A DNA stretch of 64,000 bases from positions 17,347 to 81,346 of the forward strand of contig WANQ01000041.1 of NCBI GenBank assembly GCA_015521735.1, written 5' to 3'. Under the pieces are notes generated by a model. That model was not told where the DNA came from. It made no database searches and worked only from the letters and a program-made list of their open reading frames with translations. Positions within the stretch are counted from its first letter, which is position 1, and every line of letters starts with the position of its first letter. Source of the DNA: Pyrodictiaceae archaeon. Its GTDB lineage: Archaea; Thermoproteota; Thermoprotei_A; Sulfolobales; WANQ01. Both the position numbers and the translations under genes were made by a program. Positions 54,137-63,999 of the stretch are shown piece by piece.

Positions 54137-55434
54137 TATTTACCACCAAGTTCTAGGACATGGTCAGCTATAAAGTGTAGGTCTTCGTCATGACCTGCTA
54201 TTATGAAGCCAACACGTTTACGTAGAGCAGTAGTAGTAATGGCCTTGAATACTAGTGCCTTAGAGTATGGGTCAAGTCCAGCAGTTGGCTCATCTAGGCA
54301 TATTATACTGTATCCACGTGCAATAGCTGAAGCAATAGCTGCTCTTCTTCTCTCACCACTACTAGTATCTACTAGTCTACGAGAACCCATACCATGAAGT
54401 CCTACAAGGCTAAGCAGGCTTTCATCTCTAACTTCTTCAGAGATTGTAGGCTCGCTAAAGTATAGTAGAGGGTTTTCAGGGACATAGACTGTTTTTCCAA
54501 GTCTCTTAACAAACCCTTTAGTGGGTTTTAGCACACCTGATAAGATTTTTAATAGAGTTGTTTTACCTGAACCATTTGGCCCTTTAACCCATAGTACCTC
54601 GCCTTCTCTTAACTCTAAGCTAATGTCTTGGAGTATAAACTTGCTTGTACCGGGGTAGCGGTACCATAGATTACTGGCTACTAGTAGGTTATCGGTGTCC
54701 TCTATTCTAGGTTTGCGTTCAAATGAGATTTTATCTATGTAGGAGTAGTCTGGCTCGCCAAAGTATACTTGTGTGCCTTTATCTATTACTAGTAGCTTAC
54801 TGGCAAGATTCCACCATAAATTAGTATTGTGGTCTACTACTATAATGGTCTTACCTTCACTTAGTAGCTCTTCAGCAAATGATACAAGGCTCGCTCTACT
54901 ATTGTAGTCTATGTAGTTTGAGGGCTCATCTAGTAGGAATAGTGTTGGGTTTCTAACGGTATTTGATGCTATAACTGTTTTCTGGACTTCACCAGCACTA
55001 AGAGTATATGTTAGCTTATTGAGTATGTGGCTTAGACCGTAGGCTTTAACTATTTTCGGGATTAGCTTAAGGTCTTCTTTAACCATAAGCCTATTTACAA
55101 CTAGTTCACCGTAAACTGTTGGAGCGGTAATGGCGTACCAGGGTTCTTGTGGTATATAGGCTATTAGTTCAAGTATTCTCCTAGAGCTAAGATTATATGG
55201 GTTTAATCCAAAGATGCTTATATGGCCTTTAAATCCTCCATCAATGCTTACGCCTAGGACTCCGGCGATTATTCTTAGTAAGGTTGTTTTACCACTACCA
55301 CTTCTACCATAAACTAATAGTAGTTCACCTCTACTTAGCTTAAAAGAAATATTCTTTAAGGCAACCATGTCATTGGTATACCATGCTTTCTCTATGCTTA
55401 CAATGATGTTGTCATTCCTTAACATATCCTGCAC
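54136..55434 (-). CDS. ecfA: ECF transporter duplicated ATPase (fused EcfA-EcfA')
   Basis: Two ABC cassettes: GRSGSGKTT / LSAGEVQ / LFLLDEPSNYID and GPNGSGKTT / SSGERRR / IICLDEPTAGLD. Confidence 0.85.
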   Translation of the reverse strand: MQDMLRNDNIIVSIEKAWYTNDMVALKNISFKLSRGELLLVYGRSGSGKTTLLRIIAGVLGVSIDGGFKGHISIFGLNPYNLSSRRILELIAYIPQEPWYAITAPTVYGELVVNRLMVKEDLKLIPKIVKAYGLSHILNKLTYTLSAGEVQKTVIASNTVRNPTLFLLDEPSNYIDYNSRASLVSFAEELLSEGKTIIVVDHNTNLWWNLASKLLVIDKGTQVYFGEPDYSYIDKISFERKPRIEDTDNLLVASNLWYRYPGTSKFILQDISLELREGEVLWVKGPNGSGKTTLLKILSGVLKPTKGFVKRLGKTVYVPENPLLYFSEPTISEEVRDESLLSLVGLHGMGSRRLVDTSSGERRRAAIASAIARGYSIICLDEPTAGLDPYSKALVFKAITTTALRKRVGFIIAGHDEDLHFIADHVLELGGK

Positions 55435-56146
55435 GCCTAAGGAAGACTACTACGGGCAATGCTATGCTAGCACCTATAACTGCTTGGCCAATATTAACTG
55501 GTACTTCAACTAATGCTGCAATAGGTGGTCTACCAGTTAATGGGTTGGATACGAAGTATTCGTAGAGGAAGTAGCCAGTAACCATGATTAAGCCAGCAAG
55601 CATTAATCCTAGAGCTTCAACGCTACGGTACTGTTTAGCTAGTGCTAGGTATATTATTAGTAGGAATACTAGTCCTGCTACAGCAATCCAGAAGAATAAT
55701 GGCAATGTTATTGTAAAGCTAGCCCACTCCGGACCTACAAGTATTTCGCCAGTAAAGTATTGTGAGCCAATATATCCTAGTATTAAGCCGTAGGCCATTG
55801 CTGCTAGTACTCCAAGGCCTATAGCCGTTGATGGTCTTAGGTTTTTGAGTCTACGTGTAAGTATGCCTGCTATGAGTCCTTCAGTAAACTTTATAACTAG
55901 TGTTGCAGGTGCGAAGATTCCATAACCTGTAACTGCATCAGCAATACTAGCGCCAACACCACCAGCAATACCTGCAACAAGTGGTGAGGAAACCATAGCT
56001 GCAATGTAGATTACGGCTTCACCGAGGTTAAAGTATCCACCAGTAGCAGGCTGATATACTTGAATAACAATGGTAACCGCGAATACTAGCACAGTGAACA
56101 CTATAGCTTCAATGAATAGTGCTACTGAACTTCTACGTCTTGCCAT
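55412..56146 (-). CDS. ECF transporter substrate-capture (S) component-like membrane protein
   Basis: GGYFNLGEAVIYIAAM...GGVGASIADAVTGYGIFAPATLVIKFTEGLIAG follows the S-component pattern. 6 TM. Overlaps the ATPase gene by 23 nt. Confidence 0.65.
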   Translation of the reverse strand: MARRRSSVALFIEAIVFTVLVFAVTIVIQVYQPATGGYFNLGEAVIYIAAMVSSPLVAGIAGGVGASIADAVTGYGIFAPATLVIKFTEGLIAGILTRRLKNLRPSTAIGLGVLAAMAYGLILGYIGSQYFTGEILVGPEWASFTITLPLFFWIAVAGLVFLLIIYLALAKQYRSVEALGLMLAGLIMVTGYFLYEYFVSNPLTGRPPIAALVEVPVNIGQAVIGASIALPVVVFLRRAGYVKE

Positions 56147-56233
56147 TAGCCTAACCCCAAGTAGACAAGAAGAATACTAATAAGAATTTAACATCTAACC
56201 TGAATACTAAGATAATAGGATAACAGTGGGATA

Positions 56234-57610
56234 CTACTTTGATGTCCTGGGAGTCTTCTTAACGATTTCATTAAAGTCTTTTAGATCCCATGTGTATTCT
56301 TCCTTAACTTCTACTTCTCTAGCTATTACTCCATAGTATTTCTCGTAGTCATCTAGTTTCGTGTACTTTGCTGTTTGCTCTAGTTTACTAATTAATCTAT
56401 TAACGTCTCTACTGTCAAGTTTACTCCACTTTACCTCAATGAATAATGCCTTCTTCTCCTTCTCGTTGAACGCTACTATGTCTATTTCCTTATCTCTATA
56501 CCACCACTTACCTATCCTAGTAAACTTAAAGGGGAGTTTACCGAGCTTGTTTAATTCTACTAGGAATTGTCTTGCAACCTTCTCAAATACCCATCCTAGA
56601 TAGTTTGGGTAGTCTTCTCTAATCTCATCTACATTGAATATTCGCTCTTCTATAGCTGAGAGATTTGGATGTATGTATCTAAACCAGAATGTAATGAAGT
56701 TGTCTGTGATATAGTATCTACCCTTCTTGGATCTAGGATCCTCGGTTACGGGTACTTCTCTTATGATGAATCCTGTTTCTATGAGGTTTCTTAGGTACTG
56801 AGTTATATCTGAATGTCTCATTCTAACGTATTCTCGAATCTCCTTGGGGGTGTTTTTGCCGTGGGCTATGGCTTCAAGTATTCTCTTATAGGTTACTATT
56901 TCCGTAAACTCGTATTTCATTAGAAAGTCTAGTTCATCTTTAAGGAACGTATCTGGTTTCTCTAATTCTCTTTTAAGCCATTCCCAGAAGGGTATTCTAA
57001 TCTTTTCCAGATAGTATGGTATTCCATCAGCAAAGCCATAGATTTCTACTAGTTCACTCCAAGTAGCTTTAGGGAAAAATTCTCTTAGGTGGAAGAATTT
57101 TAGTGGGCCTAGTTTTATTGAAGCAGTTCTCCTACCATAGAGTGGGCTTTTATAGCTTAATACTCTACTAGTCATCATCGAAATAGATGAGCCTAAGAGT
57201 ACTAGTTTAGTCCTAGTACCCTTTAAGGTTAAGTCGACTATACGTTGAAGCAATGATACTATTCCTGGATTCTCCTTTATTAGGTTAGGAAATTCATCTA
57301 TGATAATAATCCTGTTTTTCAGGAAGTTAAAGTATGCTTCCCAATCTTCTTGAGCATAGGCTAGTTCTGGTACAATCTTGGATGCTGTACGCTTAAAGTA
57401 TCTTAGATTATCACCTTCTACTGCTAAGTAGTATATGTGTTCTCTATTCCTTACAGCTTCCAGTATAAGCCTAGTCTTACCTATCCTCCTCCTACCATAT
57501 ATTATTATTAACTCAAAGCTATCGCTATCTAGTCTACTCCTTAAAGCCTTAAGCTCTTCCTCTCTGTCCACGAACAAGATAACCGCCATTATGATAATCT
57601 GGGTTATCAA
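56234..57610 (-). CDS. Archaeal ATPase (COG1672, Arch_ATPase + DUF234) with C-terminal PD-(D/E)xK-like module, paralog 2
   Basis: FVDREEELKAL, Walker A YGRRRIGKT, Walker B IIIDEFPN, and C-terminal GKWWYRDKEIDIVAFNE...LFIEVKWSK. Likely real start is M8 (MAVILFVDRE, nt 57589). Confidence 0.8.
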   Translation of the reverse strand: MITQIIIMAVILFVDREEELKALRSRLDSDSFELIIIYGRRRIGKTRLILEAVRNREHIYYLAVEGDNLRYFKRTASKIVPELAYAQEDWEAYFNFLKNRIIIIDEFPNLIKENPGIVSLLQRIVDLTLKGTRTKLVLLGSSISMMTSRVLSYKSPLYGRRTASIKLGPLKFFHLREFFPKATWSELVEIYGFADGIPYYLEKIRIPFWEWLKRELEKPDTFLKDELDFLMKYEFTEIVTYKRILEAIAHGKNTPKEIREYVRMRHSDITQYLRNLIETGFIIREVPVTEDPRSKKGRYYITDNFITFWFRYIHPNLSAIEERIFNVDEIREDYPNYLGWVFEKVARQFLVELNKLGKLPFKFTRIGKWWYRDKEIDIVAFNEKEKKALFIEVKWSKLDSRDVNRLISKLEQTAKYTKLDDYEKYYGVIAREVEVKEEYTWDLKDFNEIVKKTPRTSK

Positions 57611-57722
57611 AAATAAAGTTATCTAGGGAATAAGGTCTAAGAGATTGAGAATGTAGCGAGTATTCACAACTGCTACGTGGTTTACAAGCTTAGAGTGTGC
57701 CCAGGTAATGATAGAATGTTGG

Positions 57723-58370
57723 CTAGCCTACATGTGTTGCTTTTACTGCTTCTAAACTAGTACCCTTATTTATTAACCCTAACATAGCTAAGTGCTTGTA
57801 TAGTTTTGATAATGGTAGTCCTACGATAGAGTAGTAGTCTCCTCTTACTTCTTCAACAAATACTGCTCCCAACCCCTGTATCTTATATGCTCCTGCAGCA
57901 TCAAGTGGTTCTTTCGTTAGTATGTACCATTCTATTTCTCTTGGCGTTAACTGCTTAAACTTCACTAACGCGTCTCCTACATCAACTATCCTCTGTAATC
58001 TACCCTTCACTCTAGCTATTATTGCTAAACCACTACAAACTCTATGCCATCTCCCACTCAACAGGCTTAGAATTCTCCTTGCCTCCTCTATACTCCTAGG
58101 CTTACCTATTATCTTGTCCTCTACCACAACTATTGTATCTGCACCTATAACCACTAGATCTTGTTTCCCACCAACCCTAACCTTAATCTCCCTATAAGCA
58201 TACTCTGCTTTACGCGAAGCATTCATCATAGCTACAAATCTAGGGTCAAGAAAATCCTCACCCACCACCTCTATATCACTCGGCGGCTCCACTACTATGG
58301 GGTTAAACCCTAGTTTCCTAAGCAATTCAATTCTCCTAGGACTACGAGAAGCTAATACTACTAGTACCAT
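57723..58370 (-). CDS. maf: Maf-family nucleoside-triphosphate pyrophosphatase
   Basis: LASRSPRRIELL N-terminal motif, GADTIVVVEDKIIGKP, AGAYKIQG near the C-terminus. Confidence 0.85.
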   Translation of the reverse strand: MVLVVLASRSPRRIELLRKLGFNPIVVEPPSDIEVVGEDFLDPRFVAMMNASRKAEYAYREIKVRVGGKQDLVVIGADTIVVVEDKIIGKPRSIEEARRILSLLSGRWHRVCSGLAIIARVKGRLQRIVDVGDALVKFKQLTPREIEWYILTKEPLDAAGAYKIQGLGAVFVEEVRGDYYSIVGLPLSKLYKHLAMLGLINKGTSLEAVKATHVG

Positions 58371-58529
58371 CCTAGTTTCCTCTCCTTACTCTCTAAGAAC
58401 AACGTATAGTATTACCTACATAATAACACTTACCCTAATACCCCTAACACAGCATTCTCACTTCCACATACAAGGAGACTAGAGAAGAGTTATAAGCATA
58501 TGCACAAAAATATGTAGGGGCAGTAAGCT

Positions 58530-59009
58530 ATGAGTTGGCCTAAGGGATCAGGCTACGGTAGAGGTAGGGGGAGAGGAGGTTATCGTTGGAGAAGAGGTTG
58601 GAGCCAAGGCCTAGGAGAACCACAACCACAACAACCAGTACCAGCACAAACATGGCCTCTACCCCCAGGGTTTAAGAGAATAGCAGCTGTAGTAGACGAG
58701 AATAAAGGATTAGACTCAAGAATCAGCCCTATCTACGGACGAGCCCCCTACATAGCACTAGTAGACCTCGACCCAAACGGGAACATAGCATCCATAAACA
58801 TAGTACCCAACCCAGCACTAAACACACAGCAAGGAGCAGGAATAGCAACAACACAATACATACTAAGTACTGGAGCAACAACCATCATAGCATCAAACAT
58901 AGGACCCAATACCCAAGCATTCCTAAGACAACATGGAATACAAGTAATAACAGTCCCACCAGGAACAACACTAAAACAAGCACTAACACAATTAACACAA
59001 CATCCATAA
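58530..59009 (+). CDS. NifX/NifB-C-terminal-like (COG1433, dinitrogenase FeMo-cofactor-binding fold) protein with an RGG/Pro-Gln-rich N-terminal extension
   Basis: Core RIAAVVDENKGLDSRISPIYGRAPYIALVDL...GAGIATTQYILSTGATTIIASNIGPNTQAFLRQHGIQV matches the NifX-like fold pattern. Residues 1-48 are GSGYGRGRGRGGYRWRRGWSQGLGEPQPQQPVPAQTWPLPP. Confidence 0.7.
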   Translation: MSWPKGSGYGRGRGRGGYRWRRGWSQGLGEPQPQQPVPAQTWPLPPGFKRIAAVVDENKGLDSRISPIYGRAPYIALVDLDPNGNIASINIVPNPALNTQQGAGIATTQYILSTGATTIIASNIGPNTQAFLRQHGIQVITVPPGTTLKQALTQLTQHP

Positions 59010-59073
59010 CTAATTGTACATTGATAGTCTAAAATTAAAATTGAATACTAGAAGAAGGAAAAGTCACGGGGAA

Positions 59074-61392
59074 CTACTTCCTCTTAACCCAGTACACAGC
59101 TACAATAACTATTACAGCTACTATTAGAACCATCAAAGCTTTCAATACATAATCTACTTCACCTCGTGTAAGCATTATTCTCGTAGACGTCTCCGTGTAT
59201 GCGGAATATGTTTTAGTCATTGAGGTGGCTGAGAATGCTGTAAACGTTGTAGTTGAGCTAGATAATCTATAGGGATAACTAGTCTTAACTATTTCTATTT
59301 CTCTTCCTCCAACAATGTACGGTACAGTGCTTATTGTTATGACACCATTTCTTGGAAGAAGCATAGGTGTCCATGAGAATAATAGTAGACTACCATTAAC
59401 CATATGCAACATTTTAGTAGCTACTAGAATAGATCTAAGACTATGTTCGCCATACCCACTGATAATCCTAGTATTATTAGCTAGTAACCTAACATCATCT
59501 TTATCGCCGTAGACAATGATTATTAGTCTTATGGGTCTACCACTACTACTTGTTATGTTTATTAACCCGCCTATACTCTCTATGTTGCATTCACCAATAC
59601 ATGATGCTATTACCTCCATGGTAGCGTTGAGGCGTTCACCACTAATAGTCTTAGGCTTATACGATGCTACAACCGCGCTAATGTCTCTCCATAATCCCTT
59701 CAACATGTTAATCCTTAATGTATAGTTGTAGCTTACGTTATAGCTATATGATACATAGCCTCTAGCTGTAGGTATTGCTGATGTAATAGCTAAGTTGTTA
59801 GCATGGGTTCTAACAAGTAGTGGTAGCATGTAAAATGAATCCACTATAACATTTGAATAATATGTGTCGTCTAGACTCATAGTCATATTGATTACTGGTA
59901 TAGTTAATGTATTATTTAGGATTATGAGTTGAGGTCTAAATGCTATGATTGAGATATTGTATAGGCTTCTCGGAGTAATACCTAGTAATGGAGTATTATA
60001 TGATCCTAGACCTAAAGCTAACGCTAAGTAGGGTTTACGTGATACATAGATACTGGTATAGCTGGATAGTTGATCATAGAATAACGTGGTAGTGTAGAAG
60101 TTTAAGTTAACACCTTTGCTAAGCTCATCCCATATTTCCTCAAGCTCTATTTTACCTAGTATAGCAGGGCTTACTGGGCCAATATACATTAAGCAATTAG
60201 ACTCAACAATATCAAGACATATTGGTGTAGAACTCTTAGGTTCAGGATTATACTTGAAGCTCCTATACAATAACTGTAAATTAACACCTAATACACTATT
60301 ACTATAGCCTGATATGCTTAATGCGAGCTTCGATGCTAAGTTGAACTCTACCTTATCCGTAGCCCCAAATATCTTCGAATATGGGCTTTCAGAGAAATTA
60401 GCACCACCAATAATTACTCCACTAGCATTAGCTACATATTCTACCATATCACCTTGCTCTACTACACCTTTAAGCCAAGGCTCCATGGGTTCTAGGAGTA
60501 TGAATTTATCATCATAGCGCATGTATAGAGGGTAGGGAACGATACATCTGGGAGCACCTAGGATCTTTGTAACATTATAGTAGTCTACCCAAGGAGAAAC
60601 ATCCACTTCACCACCGCCTTTAGTGATTCTTAACCTCACGTCTGGTGTAGGATAACCAATCATGCATGCTACTACATCACCAGATAGGTTTACAGCATAA
60701 GTCCTAATAGTAAATGATGCATGTATACTCCTAGCATAGTATAAGCCATTAAGCCATGCAGTACTAGGAGTAATTACACCCCATAAACCATTATCAGTAG
60801 ACTTCAACTCAACTACTTGGCGTAAAACACTATTACCTTTAACCTCAACCACGCCACTAGCCTTACTAACATCAAGGTTAAGAGGTATGCCAACTACCAG
60901 CACATAACTAGTACCATCTTCAGCAAATTTTAAATCACGTACAAACTCTAGATCACCAACAATACTTAATTCTCTACCAAAACCTTTAGACTTAAATGGG
61001 TAAACACTAACACCAGCAATAATGAACCTACGCTCAATACCACCTAGAACACCCCTAACACATTCAAGGAACTCTGAAACACTATCTAAGGCGACGTCTA
61101 CCTTGACAACACCATTAACGGCAACTAACCATACACCACTACTATTAACATCAACAAAGCCGACACCATTCAAGCTAATACCGGGTATATCTAAGCTACA
61201 ATCACCAATAGATAAGCCGTTAAGAGAAACACTACTAACCCTAAAGTAAACCCTAACAAATTCTTTATCCACTAAGACAAGAAATCCCTGATCTAATTCT
61301 TCACCTATAGTTACAGCAGTAAAGTAGGAGATCAGTAAAGTTAATAACATAAATAACATAATAATTATCGTAGCCCTCAATTCAAGTATCAC
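59074..61392 (-). CDS. Large surface glycoprotein candidate with N- and C-terminal TM anchors (paralog B, 772 aa)
   Basis: N-terminal TM IIMLFMLLTLLISYF, C-terminal LMVLIVAVIVIVAVYWVKRK, and at least 12 N-x-S/T sequons by eye. Collinear similarity to the upstream ORF (e.g. PICLDIVESNCL vs TLCMDLIDSVCL). ATGA start/stop overlap. Confidence 0.65.
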   Translation of the reverse strand: MILELRATIIIMLFMLLTLLISYFTAVTIGEELDQGFLVLVDKEFVRVYFRVSSVSLNGLSIGDCSLDIPGISLNGVGFVDVNSSGVWLVAVNGVVKVDVALDSVSEFLECVRGVLGGIERRFIIAGVSVYPFKSKGFGRELSIVGDLEFVRDLKFAEDGTSYVLVVGIPLNLDVSKASGVVEVKGNSVLRQVVELKSTDNGLWGVITPSTAWLNGLYYARSIHASFTIRTYAVNLSGDVVACMIGYPTPDVRLRITKGGGEVDVSPWVDYYNVTKILGAPRCIVPYPLYMRYDDKFILLEPMEPWLKGVVEQGDMVEYVANASGVIIGGANFSESPYSKIFGATDKVEFNLASKLALSISGYSNSVLGVNLQLLYRSFKYNPEPKSSTPICLDIVESNCLMYIGPVSPAILGKIELEEIWDELSKGVNLNFYTTTLFYDQLSSYTSIYVSRKPYLALALGLGSYNTPLLGITPRSLYNISIIAFRPQLIILNNTLTIPVINMTMSLDDTYYSNVIVDSFYMLPLLVRTHANNLAITSAIPTARGYVSYSYNVSYNYTLRINMLKGLWRDISAVVASYKPKTISGERLNATMEVIASCIGECNIESIGGLINITSSSGRPIRLIIIVYGDKDDVRLLANNTRIISGYGEHSLRSILVATKMLHMVNGSLLLFSWTPMLLPRNGVITISTVPYIVGGREIEIVKTSYPYRLSSSTTTFTAFSATSMTKTYSAYTETSTRIMLTRGEVDYVLKALMVLIVAVIVIVAVYWVKRK

Positions 61393-63668
61393 CTAGGTTT
61401 AAGTAATATGTACAACACTATAGATGCTATTATAACAAATAGAATTAACAATGCCCCAAAGTAATTGTTTTCTTCCGTTTCAGTATCCTCACTAGGTATT
61501 ATAGGCTTTGAGATCTTCTCTACACCGCTAACCTTAACTGTTGTGTTTACCGAGCTAAATACTATCTTAACACTATTATTACGTGGTGGTAGGAGAAGAG
61601 TCCACCCAAATACTATTGAGGTATTGTTCGGCAAAATATAGCTCGACATTATGCCCGGATAATTAAGTCTGTGAACACCATAGTAGTCTATTACTCTAAC
61701 ATGTCTATTAAGCAACTCAACTATTGCCTTTCTCTCACCCTTAATAAAGAACATTATCCTAACCTTGTTAGATTTGATTATAGTTATAGTATTATTGGTT
61801 ACGTTAACACCACATACACCGCTACCGCATGCTACAACTATGAGAGCATCATCAATATCCCTTCTTCCTGGGAACTCTACCCTCACAGAACTAAGATAAG
61901 TATAAGGATACCAACTAGTAGATGTTAATCTCAAACTATATTCATAGTCCTCTATACGATACGTATAAGTCTTATTTAAAGAGGAAAACCCTGTTAGAAC
62001 AGTACTATGGGTATAAATTCTAAGACTTAATGGTATCATAAAATATGGTTCAACAACTATATTCGAAGTCATATTGTTCGGATACTCTACTGTAAAGTTT
62101 ACAGCTGTCCTTACAGGGTAGCCTTCAAGTTCTACTACTTTAATTCTACTAATATTCTCAATCCTTATAGCTGGGTAAATAGGATACAATGTAAACGTAT
62201 TCTTAGGAGTATACCCTACAGCAATAGCCATGTAGGGCAGTACCCCAGGATAGTTTACCGTATAAGTGGAGAGCTGACTGTGGAACAAGCTTGTACGTGC
62301 CAAATACATGACTGTTGTTTTACTACGCATATCAAATATTATCCTAGAAACATTATCTAAGTATAAACACACAGAGTCAATTAAATCCATGCATAAAGTT
62401 TTATCAACTCTAGGACTAGGTACAGTATTCAAATGAAGCATTAATGGTAAAAATACTACACCCACACGTGATCCAACAACATGGTCTACAAAAAGCACTA
62501 CACCTGACTCACCATTAAAACTAATACTCTTACTCCCAAATACCAAGTAATACGGACTATCCTCAAATCCACTAAGCCCAACAATTCTACCACGAGCCTT
62601 AGCAGTAAACGACAACGCCAACCCTGCACCTATAACAAAATTCCTCATAAGGAGTCTAGGATTATTTACATAGAATCTATTAGGGTCAAAGTAGGCAAAT
62701 AAAGGCGACGTATAGGTTTTCACAATTCTCTCTACAAGTGGAGCTAAAACACCATAAGGATCATCTAGGTCAACCCAAGGCTTAATGAAAATAACATCTC
62801 CTTTCCCATCTTCAACCTCCAATATCACCCTAGGCACCCTATACTCAACAAACCCTAGGACAAGGTCAATAGCCGTAGAGTTTAGAAGACCATCAATTCT
62901 CTCTAAGCTTACCTCAAAGCCTTCAATATACCTAATACCTTCATGCCAAGCAAAACTAGGACCCCACAACATCGGTAAATCACTTACCAATCCCTGAAGA
63001 TTAACCGTATACGTAGCTACTGAGTCACCATAAAACCTAATATTAAGGTTATAGTTACCACTAAGATAACCTACATAGGGGTCTACTCTAAACCAAACAA
63101 AGAATACACCATCCACGAACTCATAGAGAGGATACCTTGCCAAGAATTTCAGCATACGAGTAAAATTGTCATGAAAAACAAGCCTAGAGCCACCATGAGT
63201 ATCTAGTGGTGAATATATTCTTAAATCCTTGAGACCTAAAACCATAGTCTTAACATACGAATTGAACAAGCCCTTAAGACAGCTTAGAAAACCCGTAGTA
63301 TTAAGCTGATAGTATTTAAGTTGAGATCCATTAATAGCTGACAGGCTTAGCCCACTACCATTAATTGTAATAACATATACACTACTTAAATTAGACATCA
63401 CCAAGTCAACCCTAATACTACAGCGGAACGAGCCATACCTTACATCTACAGTCCTCAACTTTAATGCAACATCACTATTAGTTCTAACAAATAATTTCAA
63501 ATAGCCATCACTTACTCTAACCAAGAAGTTATCAGATAAATACGCGCGAAGAGATTCAGAAAAAGCAGAAACAGCTGTTAAGAACTCGTACCCTATAATT
63601 AACGTTAAGACTATTGCTACTACAATGAATAATCTCTTACGAACAACGGCTTTTGCAGACACCATCAT
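61389..63668 (-). CDS. Large surface glycoprotein candidate with N- and C-terminal TM anchors (paralog A, 759 aa)
   Basis: N-terminal TM LFIVVAIVLTLIIGY, C-terminal ALLILFVIIASIVLYILLKPR, and at least 12 N-x-S/T sequons by eye. Paralogous to ORF 59074-61392. Confidence 0.65.
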   Translation of the reverse strand: MMVSAKAVVRKRLFIVVAIVLTLIIGYEFLTAVSAFSESLRAYLSDNFLVRVSDGYLKLFVRTNSDVALKLRTVDVRYGSFRCSIRVDLVMSNLSSVYVITINGSGLSLSAINGSQLKYYQLNTTGFLSCLKGLFNSYVKTMVLGLKDLRIYSPLDTHGGSRLVFHDNFTRMLKFLARYPLYEFVDGVFFVWFRVDPYVGYLSGNYNLNIRFYGDSVATYTVNLQGLVSDLPMLWGPSFAWHEGIRYIEGFEVSLERIDGLLNSTAIDLVLGFVEYRVPRVILEVEDGKGDVIFIKPWVDLDDPYGVLAPLVERIVKTYTSPLFAYFDPNRFYVNNPRLLMRNFVIGAGLALSFTAKARGRIVGLSGFEDSPYYLVFGSKSISFNGESGVVLFVDHVVGSRVGVVFLPLMLHLNTVPSPRVDKTLCMDLIDSVCLYLDNVSRIIFDMRSKTTVMYLARTSLFHSQLSTYTVNYPGVLPYMAIAVGYTPKNTFTLYPIYPAIRIENISRIKVVELEGYPVRTAVNFTVEYPNNMTSNIVVEPYFMIPLSLRIYTHSTVLTGFSSLNKTYTYRIEDYEYSLRLTSTSWYPYTYLSSVRVEFPGRRDIDDALIVVACGSGVCGVNVTNNTITIIKSNKVRIMFFIKGERKAIVELLNRHVRVIDYYGVHRLNYPGIMSSYILPNNTSIVFGWTLLLPPRNNSVKIVFSSVNTTVKVSGVEKISKPIIPSEDTETEENNYFGALLILFVIIASIVLYILLKPR

Positions 63669-63807
63669 AATTCTTTACCGTAATTTTTTTTTCCTCAGAT
63701 CTTTATATAGGTAACGGCATAGGAATATTTAGTGCTTCTATACCCACATGACATCTCTCTTACGACTCCCTAAATAATTACTGGGTTATAGTATAATGAC
63801 CTAAGAG

Positions 63808-63999
63808 TTATAGTAAGGTGAGCATATACTCGTATAGTTCACGGAATCCTGGTAGGTCTTTCCACATTTGAATAAACACTACTTGTCCTATGTACTTGTG
63901 TATTTCCTTTAGGTGCATTCTACGGTCATCAACGTATAGGATCTCACTTGACTGTATGTAGCCGTATTTATGCTTGTACCAGTCCATAATCTTTAGCAA
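63808..63999 (-). CDS. Hypothetical protein fragment, probably 5'-truncated by the right window edge
   Basis: The ORF is open to the last in-frame codon of the window (TTG at 63999). 63 aa visible, no family recognised. Confidence 0.3.
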   Translation of the reverse strand: MLKIMDWYKHKYGYIQSSEILYVDDRRMHLKEIHKYIGQVVFIQMWKDLPGFRELYEYMLTLL

